A DNA stretch of 64,000 bases from an uncultured Eubacteriales bacterium. Its GTDB lineage: Bacteria; Bacillota; Clostridia; Christensenellales; Aristaeellaceae. The notes below the pieces were generated by a model. That model made no database searches, was not told the DNA's origin, and saw nothing but the letters and a program-made list of their open reading frames with translations. The DNA lies in assembly GCA_900315585.1 (NCBI GenBank), contig OMZP01000005.1:40112-104111 (forward strand), given 5' to 3'. The translations under genes and the position numbers were made by a program. Shown here one piece after another: positions 1-9,319 of this stretch; positions within the stretch are counted from its first letter, which is position 1; each line of letters opens with the position of its first letter.

Positions 1-1275
1 ACCCGCATCATGACCCAGCAGCTCAACAGCGCCACCATGCCGGAATTCCTGGGCAAGCGATACGACAGCAAGGCCCTGAAGATCGGCGCCTCCGCCATCA
101 TCTTCATCTTCCTGATTCCCTACACCGCCTCGCTGTACAACGGCCTGAGCCGCCTGTTCGGCATGGCCTTCAACATCGACTACACCGTCTGCATCATCAT
201 GATGGCCGTGCTCACCGGCATCTATGTCATCGCCGGCGGCTACATGGCCACCGCCATCAACGACTTCATCCAGGGCATCATCATGCTGGTGGGCATCGTG
301 GCGGTCATCCTGGCGGTGCTCAAGACCAACGGCGGCTTCATGGCAGCCTACCAGGGCCTGACCGAGGTGCCCTACGAAGGCATGAAGGGCCAGTTCGTCT
401 CCTTCTTTGGGCCGGATCCGCTGAACCTGCTGGGCGTGGTGATCCTCACCTCCCTGGGCACCTGGGGCCTGCCCCAGATGGTGCAGAAGTTCTACGCCAT
501 CAAGTCCGAGAAGGACATCTCCAAGGGCACGATCATCTCCACGCTGTTCGCCGTGGTGGTGGCGGGCGGCTGCTACTTCCTGGGCGGCTTCGGCCGGCTG
601 TTCTACGACAAGATCGACCCCAGCCTGACCGGTACCCCCGTGGGCGGCTTCGACGCCGTGGTGCCCACGATGCTGGAGGGCCTCAGCCCGCTGCTGCTGG
701 GCGTCATCGTGATCCTGGTGCTCTCGGCCTCCATGTCCACGCTGTCCAGCCTGGTGCTGGCCTCCTCCTCCACGCTGACGCTGGACTTCCTGAAGGGCAA
801 CGTCATCAAGAAGATGGACGAGAAGAAACAGGTGTTTACCATGCGGGTGCTGATCGTGGTGTTCATACTGATCTCCGTGGTCATCGCCATCATCCAGTAC
901 TCCACCACCGTGAACTTCATCGCCCAGCTGATGGGCATTTCCTGGGGCGCTTTGGCCGGCGCGTTCCTGGCCCCGTTCCTCTACGGCCTGTACATGAAGA
1001 AGGCCACCAGCGCCTCCGCCTGGTGCAGCATGATCTTCGGCGCGGGCATCATGGTCGCCAACATGCTGTTCAAGAGCGCGTTCCCGGCCCTGCTCCAGAG
1101 CCCCATCAACTGCGGCGCCTTCGCCATGCTGGCGGGCCTGGTGATCGTGCCGGTGGTGAGCCTGGTGACGCCGAAGCCGGACAAGGAGCTGGTGAAATAC
1201 GTGTTCGCGGGCTACGACAAGAAGGTTGTGGTGTCCGCCCGCGAATCCCTGGGCGACAGCGAAAGGGCCGAGTGA
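1..1275 (+). CDS. sodium:solute symporter (SSS family) permease, 5' end cut by window edge
   Basis: Frame open from nt 1. Many hydrophobic helices and SSS-like segment GTWGLPQMVQKFYA. Stop at 1273-1275 is followed by a perfect hairpin. Confidence 0.8.
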   Translation, partial: TRIMTQQLNSATMPEFLGKRYDSKALKIGASAIIFIFLIPYTASLYNGLSRLFGMAFNIDYTVCIIMMAVLTGIYVIAGGYMATAINDFIQGIIMLVGIVAVILAVLKTNGGFMAAYQGLTEVPYEGMKGQFVSFFGPDPLNLLGVVILTSLGTWGLPQMVQKFYAIKSEKDISKGTIISTLFAVVVAGGCYFLGGFGRLFYDKIDPSLTGTPVGGFDAVVPTMLEGLSPLLLGVIVILVLSASMSTLSSLVLASSSTLTLDFLKGNVIKKMDEKKQVFTMRVLIVVFILISVVIAIIQYSTTVNFIAQLMGISWGALAGAFLAPFLYGLYMKKATSASAWCSMIFGAGIMVANMLFKSAFPALLQSPINCGAFAMLAGLVIVPVVSLVTPKPDKELVKYVFAGYDKKVVVSARESLGDSERAE

Positions 1276-1290
1276 CAGAAAAAATAACAG

Positions 1291-1320
1291 ACAAGGGGCG
1301 ACAAACGTCGCCCCTTGTGT
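1291..1320 (+). terminator. intrinsic terminator-like hairpin after the symporter gene
   Basis: Perfect 12-bp stem ACAAGGGGCGAC / GTCGCCCCTTGT with loop AAAC. The downstream T-tract is weak. Confidence 0.5.
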
Positions 1321-1326
1321 TATAAT
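1298..1326 (+). promoter_or_regulatory. candidate extended -10 promoter for the ThyX-like gene
   Basis: TGTTATAAT (TGnTATAAT) at 1318-1326, about 30 nt upstream of the ATG at 1358. The -35 (GCGACA) is weak. Confidence 0.35.
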
Positions 1327-1357
1327 GCATCTAACCTATAGACGCGGGGGTTGCGAT

Positions 1358-2683
1358 ATGAACAAGAGCAAGGCCGTCATCATCGTGAAGAATCCGGAGG
1401 CGCTGCGGGTGGCCGCTTCGTCTGCGCGCATCTCCACCCAGCAGGGCACGTCCCTGGAGATCTTTGAGCGCAGCCAGGGGGACGAGAAGGACCTGAAGCT
1501 GCTGAACAAGGTGCTGGCCTCCGGCCATAAGTCCGTGATTGAGCACCAGACCTTCGCCGTCGCCTTCAACGACGTGTCCGTGATGGTGGAGCAGTTCGTC
1601 ATCGAGGCGCGCCTGGCCTCCTACACGGTCAAATCCCGCCGCTACGTGGACTTCGCGGGCGCGGGCTACGTGGTGCCGGAGGGCCTGGACAACGCTCAGA
1701 GGGCCGTCTACGGCGCGGCCATGGAAGCGCGGTTCGCCGACTATGAGAAGCTGATGGCGCTGGGCGTGCCCAAGGAGGATGCCCGCTTCGTGCTGCCATA
1801 CTGCCTGCGGAGCAACTTCTACATGACCGTCAACGCTCGGGAGCTGATCGCGCTGATCTGCGCCATGCTGGCGGGGCGGGGGAAGGGCTTCGCTGAGCTG
1901 GAAAGCCTGGGCGCGCAGTTGAAGGCGCAGTTCGACGCCATCTATCCCGGAGTGATCGACGGGGAGCTCAGTCGCTATCCCGCCTACGCACCCACGGAGC
2001 TGCCCCGGGAGATCGGGGACCCCATGGAGGCTACGGGCGGCGCGGACCTGCTGTCCGAGACCCCCAACGCCATGGCGCTGCTGGAGGCGGCCATGGGCTT
2101 CTCCGGGCGCTTTGAGCCGGCCTTCGGGAGCTTTGCCAACCAGGCGAACCTGCGCGCGCTGATGCTGGACGCCCGGCCGAGGGAACTGGAGCTGCTCAAC
2201 TACGTGTTCGGCGTGCGGCGCATCTCCCTGGCCTGCCTGACCCACTTCGTGCGCCACCGCGTGGATTCGCCCATCGTGCCGCCGGTGCTGGCGGCGCTGG
2301 CGGGGGGCACCTACGTGCTGCCGGAGACGGTGAAGGCCATCCCCGAGGCGGAGAAGGTCTATCGCGCGGCCTTTGAGGATCAGGCCCAAGCCGCCCGCGA
2401 GGCGCTTCGCCTCGGCATCAAGGCCGAGGACGCGAGCTACTTTGCCATGAGCGGCCACCAACTGGACATCCTGCTGGGCATGAACGCCCGGGAGCTGATG
2501 CACTTCATGAAGCTGCGCACCTGCAGCCGCGCCCAGTGGGAGATTCGGGCCGTGGCCGGGGAGATGCTCATGCGGCTGCAGATCGCGTGCCCGCCGCTGT
2601 TCGCCATGTACGGTCCCAGCTGCCGCTTCGGACCCTGCCCGGAGGGCCGGATGAGCTGCGGCAAGCCGAGGGAGAGGATTTAA
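1358..2683 (+). CDS. ThyX-like FAD-dependent thymidylate synthase family protein, fused double domain
   Basis: ATG at 1358 lies in frame within ORF 1226..2683. The N-half has [20 protein letters not shown] and KSRRYVD. The C-half has HFVRHRVDS (RHRxxS ThyX signature). Confidence 0.7.
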   Translation: MNKSKAVIIVKNPEALRVAASSARISTQQGTSLEIFERSQGDEKDLKLLNKVLASGHKSVIEHQTFAVAFNDVSVMVEQFVIEARLASYTVKSRRYVDFAGAGYVVPEGLDNAQRAVYGAAMEARFADYEKLMALGVPKEDARFVLPYCLRSNFYMTVNARELIALICAMLAGRGKGFAELESLGAQLKAQFDAIYPGVIDGELSRYPAYAPTELPREIGDPMEATGGADLLSETPNAMALLEAAMGFSGRFEPAFGSFANQANLRALMLDARPRELELLNYVFGVRRISLACLTHFVRHRVDSPIVPPVLAALAGGTYVLPETVKAIPEAEKVYRAAFEDQAQAAREALRLGIKAEDASYFAMSGHQLDILLGMNARELMHFMKLRTCSRAQWEIRAVAGEMLMRLQIACPPLFAMYGPSCRFGPCPEGRMSCGKPRERI

Positions 2684-2687
2684 CTCC

Positions 2688-3302
2688 TCACTCCTCCAAG
2701 ATTTCCCCGATCGCGCTCTCGATGGCGTCCCAGGAGAAGCCCCGTCGTGCCAGGGCCTGGGAGAGCTTCGCCTTGGCCTCCCGGGGGGGCAGGGCCTCGT
2801 ACTTGCGCCACAGCCTTTGCCCCGCCTCCAGGGCCGCCGCGCGCTGATGGTCGTCGTCGAAGGCGGAAAGCGCCTCCTCCGCGTCGTCGTCGGAGATGCC
2901 CTTGGCCTTCAGCCTGCGCTTGAAGGCGTAGAGGCCCACGGCCTTGCCGGACTGCACCTCGGCCATGCGCTGGGCGTAGCGGGCGTCGTCGATCAGCCCG
3001 TTCTCCCGAAGCCGCTGGGTCACGGCCAGCACGCAGGGCTCCACATAGCCCTTGCGGCGCAGGGCGTTGGCGATCTCCCTCTCGGAGCGGGCGCAGAAGT
3101 CCAGGCTGGTCAGCGCGGCCTCGTAGCCGTCCGCGAACTGGGCGGCGGCAACCTTGTCGACGTAGCCTTCCACGTCGATGTCGGCGCCGATCTCCAGCGG
3201 GCACTTCTGATAATGCGCCCTTCTCACGCGGACGACGGTCACACCCTCGCAGGCGATCTCCACGATCCCGCGATTCTCCCGAATGTCCGTCACGATGGGC
3301 AT
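2688..3302 (-). CDS. recX: RecX family regulatory protein
   Basis: 204 aa with RecX-like three-helix repeats ([40 protein letters not shown]). ATG at 3302 has GGAGGGGG upstream. Confidence 0.8.
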   Translation of the reverse strand: MPIVTDIRENRGIVEIACEGVTVVRVRRAHYQKCPLEIGADIDVEGYVDKVAAAQFADGYEAALTSLDFCARSEREIANALRRKGYVEPCVLAVTQRLRENGLIDDARYAQRMAEVQSGKAVGLYAFKRRLKAKGISDDDAEEALSAFDDDHQRAAALEAGQRLWRKYEALPPREAKAKLSQALARRGFSWDAIESAIGEILEE

Positions 3303-3410
3303 ATTTCCACCCCCTCCTGCAATGTCAGCTTAAAATATACATTGTTTGTCTTGACGTGTCTATCCCGATTGTGTTATGATATATGTAGATTTAACTGGGA
3401 GGGATTGTCC

Positions 3411-4163
3411 ATGTCGGGACATAACAAATGGTCTACCATCAAGAATAAAAAAGCCAAGACGGACGCCGCGAAGGGCAAGATCTTTACCAAGATCGGCCGC
3501 GAGATCGTGATCGCCGTCAAGACCGGCGGCAGCGCCGACCCGAACCTGAACAGCAAGCTGAAGGACGTCATCGCCAAGGCGAAGGCCGCCAACATGCCCA
3601 ATGACAACATCCAGCGGTCCATCAAGAAGGCCGCGGGCGAGGGCGAAGCCACCAACTACAAGGAGGTCACCTACGAGGGCTACGCGCCCTGCGGCATCGC
3701 CGTGATCGTGGAGGTCGTGACCGACAACCTGAACCGCACCGCCAGCGAGATGCGCCACATCTTCGACAAGTGCGGCGGCTCCCTGGGCGCCTCCGGCTGC
3801 GTGGCCTGGAAGTTTGAGCGCAAGGGCGTCATCGAAATCGACAACTCGAAGGGCATGGACGAGGACGAGCTGATGATGCTGGCCCTGGACGCCGGCGCCG
3901 CGGACGTGGAGATGGGCGAGGACGAGGCCATCATCTACACCGAGCCCAACGACTTCTCCGCCGTGCGCGACAACCTGGAGGCCGCCGGCTGCACCTTCCT
4001 GTCCGCCGAGCGCGCCATGGTGCCCACCACCACCACGGCCCTGACCGACGAGGAGAGCATCCAGAAGGTCACCAAGCTCCTCGACTGGCTGGAGGACCAC
4101 GACGACGTGCAGAACGTGTATCACGATGCCGAGCTTCCTGAGGACGAGGAAGAGGACGACTGA
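3411..4163 (+). CDS. YebC/PmpR family DNA-binding transcriptional regulator
   Basis: [32 protein letters not shown] is the hallmark N-terminus. RBS GGGAGGG at 3397-3403. Only the last 250 codons of ORF 2817..4163 are genuine. Confidence 0.9.
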   Translation: MSGHNKWSTIKNKKAKTDAAKGKIFTKIGREIVIAVKTGGSADPNLNSKLKDVIAKAKAANMPNDNIQRSIKKAAGEGEATNYKEVTYEGYAPCGIAVIVEVVTDNLNRTASEMRHIFDKCGGSLGASGCVAWKFERKGVIEIDNSKGMDEDELMMLALDAGAADVEMGEDEAIIYTEPNDFSAVRDNLEAAGCTFLSAERAMVPTTTTALTDEESIQKVTKLLDWLEDHDDVQNVYHDAELPEDEEEDD

Positions 4164-4177
4164 CGAACCAAAGCGAA

Positions 4178-4207
4178 GGAGCCGCTCATGTGAGCGGCTC
4201 CTTTTTC
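4178..4207 (+). terminator. rho-independent terminator of the YebC-family gene
   Basis: GGAGCCGCTC-ATGT-GAGCGGCTCC followed by TTTTT. Confidence 0.8.
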
Positions 4208-4300
4208 GTGCAGGAGACGATTCACGATGAGGGGTGGCGTTGCGCCGCCCGCTCGTCGTCCTTTCTTCAAAGAGAGCCTTCTACTGGCGCAAGGGCATCC

Positions 4301-4501
4301 AAAAGCCTTCCCCTTGAGGGGAAGGTGGCCCGCACAGCGGGACGGATGAGGTGTCAACACATGCCGTGTCATCGGTTGTAATAGACGATCTTCTCCAGAC
4401 GGGGACACCTCATCAGTCGCTTCGCGACAGCTTCCCCTCGAGGGGAAGCCTGTGCTGTATCACAGACAAGCAAAGCCTTCCCCTCAAGGGGAAGGCTTTG
4501 C
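4301..4501. repeat. REP/BIME-like cluster (three CCTTCCCCT..GGGGAAGG hairpins with flanking GATGAGGTGT / ACACCTCATC motifs)
   Basis: Hairpins at 4306-4325, 4431-4448 and 4470-4501. The flanking motifs are in inverted orientation. Related copies occur elsewhere in the window. Confidence 0.6.
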
Positions 4502-4519
4502 TATCTATTCATTTGCCAA

Positions 4520-4984
4520 TCAGTCCGCGACCACCGTCGGCGTGCCGCCCACGTATTCCTCGTTCCAGACCACGTGGTCGCTCTGCTGGCAGGCGGTCTC
4601 CACCTGGCTCCAGGTGGCGTAGCGATAGCCGTTGAAGGTGGCGCCGTCCTCGCTGGACAGGGCCAGCACCTCCACGCTGCCATCCGCGGGCTCCTGCACC
4701 GGCACGGCCACCACCCAGATGCTGCCGCTGTAGAAGGCCACGGCGTAGGTGCTCTGGACGCTCGTCAGGTCCGAATAGTTCCCGGCGAAGCTCTCCCACT
4801 CGCTGGCGCTGGGGGCCACGTCCGAGAAGGGCAGCAACGTCACCAGCCGCTCGTATTCGCCGGAGGCCAGGTAGCCAACGGCCTGCTTGGCGCTGGTAAA
4901 CAGCCCGTCCGACAGCTGGGGCGCGGCCAGGGCCGACGCGCCGATCATCAGCAGCGCCAGCGCGATGCACAATGCCTTTTTCAT
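4520..4984 (-). CDS. secreted hypothetical protein (Sec signal peptide)
   Basis: ATG at 4984 with GGAGGTGG RBS. N-terminus MKKALCIALALLMIGASALAAPQ. No recognisable family. Confidence 0.55.
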   Translation of the reverse strand: MKKALCIALALLMIGASALAAPQLSDGLFTSAKQAVGYLASGEYERLVTLLPFSDVAPSASEWESFAGNYSDLTSVQSTYAVAFYSGSIWVVAVPVQEPADGSVEVLALSSEDGATFNGYRYATWSQVETACQQSDHVVWNEEYVGGTPTVVAD

Positions 4985-5057
4985 ATAACCACCTCCGGTG
5001 GGTTCTTTGCGCTTCTTAGATGGGAAAACCCCACGAAAGGTTCCCAGAGACATTATA

Positions 5058-6086
5058 TCACCGCTTGCTTTTCCCCGCAAGTGCGATTTCGATGACCAGC
5101 ACGTCCAGCGCGTCCTTGTCCCGGAGCCTGCCGCTCTTGACGGCATAGTCATATTCCACGCACTTCTCATACAGCGCCGTCAGCCAGTCGGCGCTGAGCT
5201 TGGCGCACTGGCGGGCGGTCTGCCTGGCGGCATAGGGGTGCATCTTCAGCTGATTCTGAACGGTCTGAACCGGCGTGCCCGCGTCCAGGGCGCACTTCAT
5301 GTGGGTCAGCTGCCGGATCTGCCGCGTCAGCATGGCGAGGATGCCCATGGTGGTCTGGCCGCCCTGGAGCAGGCTGTTTACGGTCTGCTGACCCTTCATC
5401 CAATCGCCCGCGAGCAGGTGGTTCAACAGCTCAAAGACGTTGTATTCCAGCGACGCGGGCACGATTGCCCGCACGTCCGCCTCGGTGATCTCCTCCCGGT
5501 CATTTCCCAGGAAATCCGCCAGCTTGTCCAGCTCCCCGGCCAGGCGCGTCAGCTCACGCCCGGCCATGTAGGTCAGCGTGTTCAGCGCCGCGGGGTCGAT
5601 GCGCTTGCCCAGGGGCTTGAGCCGCCTCGCGCACCAGCGGGTCAGCTCCGCGTCCGTGAGCAGCTGGAAGTCCACCACGACGGCTTTCTTCTTGAGCAGC
5701 GTCGCCATCTTCTTGCGGCCGTCCATGTCGCTGCACATGTAGAACACCAGCGCGCAGGTCTCCGGCGGGTTCTCCAGCCATTTCTGCATCCACTCCGCGT
5801 CGGCCTCTTCATTCTTGGCCTTGCCGGGCATCAGCGGCGCCCAGTCCCGAACGGTGACGATGCGCTTTTCGCACATCATCGGCATCGTCTCGCAGGCGTC
5901 GGTGATCTGCTGGGCGGTCACGCCCTCCAGCGTCGCGTCGTTCAGCGCCTCCAACCCCGGCGGCAGCAGCGCCGCGCGCAGGGCCTCCAGGGCTTCCCGC
6001 TTGATGTAGGCCTCCGGGCCGGTAAACAGGTACACCGGGGCGATGTCCTTCGCCTTGAGTGCCTGGTAAAACTCATTCCACGTCAT
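5058..6086 (-). CDS. holA: DNA polymerase III delta subunit
   Basis: MTWNEFYQALKAKDIAPVYLFTGPE is a HolA-type N-terminus. It overlaps the comEC stop by 14 nt, the classic comEC-holA arrangement. Confidence 0.8.
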   Translation of the reverse strand: MTWNEFYQALKAKDIAPVYLFTGPEAYIKREALEALRAALLPPGLEALNDATLEGVTAQQITDACETMPMMCEKRIVTVRDWAPLMPGKAKNEEADAEWMQKWLENPPETCALVFYMCSDMDGRKKMATLLKKKAVVVDFQLLTDAELTRWCARRLKPLGKRIDPAALNTLTYMAGRELTRLAGELDKLADFLGNDREEITEADVRAIVPASLEYNVFELLNHLLAGDWMKGQQTVNSLLQGGQTTMGILAMLTRQIRQLTHMKCALDAGTPVQTVQNQLKMHPYAARQTARQCAKLSADWLTALYEKCVEYDYAVKSGRLRDKDALDVLVIEIALAGKSKR

Positions 6087-8457
6087 GTGAAGCCTCCAGA
6101 TAGGTTTCGATCCGCCACGCGCCATTTTGCCGTGTCAGCGTGATCGCACCGCAGTCCCGGGTCGTCAGGATGTCCGCGCCCGCGGCCTCCAGCTTGTCCA
6201 GCGTTTCCTCCGCCGGGTGCCCGAAGTTGTTCTCGCCCACGGAGATCACGGCGATGTCCGGCGTACAGGCCTCCAGGAACCGCGCGCTGGTGCCCTTTGA
6301 GGAGCCGTGGTGGGCGACCTTGAGCACGTCCGCGTCCGGGATGAAATCCGGCTCGCCGCCCTCGCTCAGATCCCCGGTGAACAGCACCCGCTGGCCCTCG
6401 CAGGTGAGCAGCGCCAGCATGGACATGTCGTTCACGTCCTTCGGGACCGCCGTGCCGTCCGGGGAGAAGATTTCCACCGTCGCGCCGCTGGGAAGGTCGA
6501 GCACGTCGCCCTTCTTCAATTTAACAATGGGCACGCCCATCTCCCGGGCCAGGTCGATGGCTTCGGTGACGGCGGGGGAGGTGTCCTCCGGCGTGAACCA
6601 GCCGGCGGGCACGTAGATCGCGCCGGGCTTGAAGCTGGTCAGGATGTCGGTGAGACCGCCGGCGTGGTCCTGGTGGGGATGGGAGAGGAACACCGCGTCC
6701 ACGCCCAGGGCCGTGGCGTTCAGGTAGTCCGCGGCGGGGGTGTAGGTGTCGCCCGCGTCGAACACATAGGTGTGTCCCCGGGTGCGCACGATGGCGCAGT
6801 CCGCCTGGCCCGCGTCCATGAACATCACGCTGAACGGGTATGCCCGGGCGAAGGTCACGAGGGCCGAGAGCCCCGCCACCAGGATCAGCGCGAAGGGCAG
6901 CCAGCTGCGCAGGCGCTCCCGGAGCAGCGTGAGGTCCGAGGCGGCGATCAGTATCGCCCAGTGCAGCGCCACCAGCAGGGCCGGATAGCGCCCGAAGCGC
7001 ACGCCGGAAACGGGCAGTTCCACGCTGACGCGGGTCGCGGTGATCAGCAGCGCGAAAAGCCCCTCCGGGAGCCGCGCCAGAAGCGCCGCCGCGGGCATGG
7101 AGATCAGAGAGATCAGCAGTGCAACCACCGCCAGCACATAGCCCAGCATGCACAGCGGCACGCAGACCAGGTTGAAGGGCAGGGAGACCAGCGATTGTAC
7201 TCCGAAGAAGGTCACCACCGTGGGCAGCGTTGCCAGCTGGGCCGCCAGGGACGCGATCAACAGCGACGGGAAGTAGTAGAGGCACTCCTTCCAAAGGGAT
7301 TTCCACCCGCTGGACAGATAGCGATGCTGTTGCAGCGGCTTTAGCCCGAAGAGTCTTGTCAGCGGCGGCGAGAGCAGCAGCAGCCCCGCCGAGGCGGAGA
7401 AGGACAGCGCGAAGCCCGCGTCGCCGATGCTCAGGGGCCGCGCCATCAGGTAGGCCAGCATCGCCGCCGCAAGCCTTGTCACCGAGTCGCTGGGGTGGCC
7501 CACCGCCGGGGCGAGGCACACCAGCGCGAACATGATCAGCGCGCGGACGAAGGGCGCGTTGAAGCCGATGACCGCGCCGTAGGGGATCAGGATGAGCACG
7601 GCGACGAGGTTCGCCGTCTTCTTCGGCAGGAACAGCCCCAGGAACAGCGCCAGCAGCGCCGCCAGCACCGTCACGTGCAAGCCGGAGATGGAGATCAGAT
7701 GGGCCGTGCCGGTGCGGTTCAGGGACTGACGGAACTCCTCGTCCAGCAGGCTCCGGTCGCCCAGCACCAGCGCCCGGACCAGCGGCGCGTTCTCCGGGAA
7801 CAGCGCGTCGATGCGCTTCGCCGCCGCCTTGCGCAGGTCGATGAAGAACGAGCGCGCGTCCCGCCGGGTCTCAAGGATCGTGACCTCCTCCAGCTTCGCC
7901 GTGGCATAGGCAGAGAGGCCCTGCCTTCTCAGGTAGTCCCCGAAGTCAAATTCGTAGGGATTGGTGACGGGGTCGGCCTGCCAGATGTGGCCGGTGAACG
8001 CCAGCTTTTGCCCGTAGGCGATGGCATCCTCCGGCACCGGCGCCTCGTCCCGCAGGTATAGCCTCAATCGGAGGTCTGACGGTTCGCCCTCCAGCGTCTC
8101 CACTTTGAATTGGCAGATGAGCCGCCCGGTGTCCGGGTTCTGGTACGGCTCCGAGACGACCCGCCCCGTCATCGCCACCGAATACCGGGTCTCCACCTCC
8201 GGGATGGCGTCCAGCGCCAGCGTCATCCGCGCCGAGCCCGCCGACAGCCCCGCCAGCAGCAGGCACAGGGCGGCTATCCAGCGCCGCCTTCGGAGCAAAA
8301 AGCCCGCAAGAGCCGACGCCGCCAGCGCGACCAGCGCGGCCCACAGGGGCAGCGGACGGGCCTTCGCGGCCATCAGCCCCAGCAGGAACGCGGCGGCAAA
8401 GCACGCCAGCGGCCGGGCGTGGGCCTGGCGCAGCGGGAACGGGTCGGGGCGTTTCAT
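6073..8457 (-). CDS. comEC: DNA internalization-related competence protein ComEC/Rec2 with C-terminal MBL domain
   Basis: 794 aa polytopic core (TGTAHLISISGLHV motif) plus a C-terminal metallo-beta-lactamase domain (SHPHQDHAGG). Confidence 0.9.
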   Translation of the reverse strand: MKRPDPFPLRQAHARPLACFAAAFLLGLMAAKARPLPLWAALVALAASALAGFLLRRRRWIAALCLLLAGLSAGSARMTLALDAIPEVETRYSVAMTGRVVSEPYQNPDTGRLICQFKVETLEGEPSDLRLRLYLRDEAPVPEDAIAYGQKLAFTGHIWQADPVTNPYEFDFGDYLRRQGLSAYATAKLEEVTILETRRDARSFFIDLRKAAAKRIDALFPENAPLVRALVLGDRSLLDEEFRQSLNRTGTAHLISISGLHVTVLAALLALFLGLFLPKKTANLVAVLILIPYGAVIGFNAPFVRALIMFALVCLAPAVGHPSDSVTRLAAAMLAYLMARPLSIGDAGFALSFSASAGLLLLSPPLTRLFGLKPLQQHRYLSSGWKSLWKECLYYFPSLLIASLAAQLATLPTVVTFFGVQSLVSLPFNLVCVPLCMLGYVLAVVALLISLISMPAAALLARLPEGLFALLITATRVSVELPVSGVRFGRYPALLVALHWAILIAASDLTLLRERLRSWLPFALILVAGLSALVTFARAYPFSVMFMDAGQADCAIVRTRGHTYVFDAGDTYTPAADYLNATALGVDAVFLSHPHQDHAGGLTDILTSFKPGAIYVPAGWFTPEDTSPAVTEAIDLAREMGVPIVKLKKGDVLDLPSGATVEIFSPDGTAVPKDVNDMSMLALLTCEGQRVLFTGDLSEGGEPDFIPDADVLKVAHHGSSKGTSARFLEACTPDIAVISVGENNFGHPAEETLDKLEAAGADILTTRDCGAITLTRQNGAWRIETYLEASHDVE

Positions 8458-8463
8458 GGCGGG

Positions 8464-9177
8464 TTAGAGATAGTAGGTCTCGCCCAGTTCGGCCAGCTCC
8501 GCGGCGGGGAAGGCCTCCCGCGCCTCGGCAAGCAGCGCCTCGGGGTCGTACTTCGGGTTCAGGTGGGTCAGCAGGAGCCGCTTGGCACGGGTGTTCTTCG
8601 CCAGCTCCCCGCACATCTTCGCGGAGTAGTGGGGCGCGGTGAAGCTGTGGTCGGCGGTGGAGAGCCCGCAGTCCGCCAGCAGCAGGTCCGCCCCCTCGCA
8701 GAACAGCTCCACCAGCGCGTCCTGGTTGCTGTCGCCGGTGAAAACGAACCGCCGGCCGTCGCACTCCACGGCGATGGCGTTGGTGGGCACCGGGTGCCGG
8801 GCGGGGGTGAAGGACACCCGCATCTCGCCGATGGTCACGTCCTTCGCGGGCCACAGGTCAAAGCAGGGCGCCTTCAACAGCGCATAAACCGCCTCCGGCG
8901 CGTCCGGCGCGTATACGGGCAGCGGCTTTGGCCGGGGATTGAATTGCAGCGCGTACTGCATCGGCAGCATGTCGGACATGTGGTCGTAGTGCAGGTGGCT
9001 GAGCAGCACCGCGTCCAGCGCGGCAGGGCCGCCCTCGTCCATCAGGCGGTTCAGAACGCCCGTGCCGCAGTCGATCAGCACGCGGGTGTCGCCGCTGTCG
9101 CTTTCAAGCAGGTAGCCGGAGCACGCGCCGCCGAAGGCGGGGTAGGGGCCGTTGTTGCCGAGGATTTTGAGGATCAT
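8464..9177 (-). CDS. MBL-fold metallo-hydrolase
   Basis: ATG at 9177 with GAAGGAGA RBS. HLHYDH (HxHxDH) motif. Ends 6 nt upstream of the comEC start. Confidence 0.75.
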   Translation of the reverse strand: MILKILGNNGPYPAFGGACSGYLLESDSGDTRVLIDCGTGVLNRLMDEGGPAALDAVLLSHLHYDHMSDMLPMQYALQFNPRPKPLPVYAPDAPEAVYALLKAPCFDLWPAKDVTIGEMRVSFTPARHPVPTNAIAVECDGRRFVFTGDSNQDALVELFCEGADLLLADCGLSTADHSFTAPHYSAKMCGELAKNTRAKRLLLTHLNPKYDPEALLAEAREAFPAAELAELGETYYL

Positions 9178-9319
9178 GGCGAGGTCTCCTTCTTGTGGAT
9201 TGTATGTGAAAATTATATCAGAAAACACGCCCCGGCACAACCACAAAATCCGCGCGCCTTCGTCATGCCCCGACGCGAAAAGACATAGAATTTGGCAGAT
9301 CGAGCGAAGGAGTGAGGGC

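Noticed and set aside
2817-4163. 448-aa ORF. Likewise the upstream extensions of ORFs 1226..2683, 9152..11038 and 33794..35302.
   Set aside because: The N-terminal extensions are antisense or intergenic read-through typical of high-GC DNA. Internal ATGs with good RBSs match the known N-termini of the families.
6073-8457. Linking comEC in this window with the pilin-like cluster as one competence (Com) system.
   Set aside because: They are 53 kb apart, in compositionally different regions. The pilin genes are larger than ComGC-GG, and no comGA/GB precedes them in view. A Com role cannot be excluded without the downstream sequence, so it is mentioned as the alternative hypothesis.
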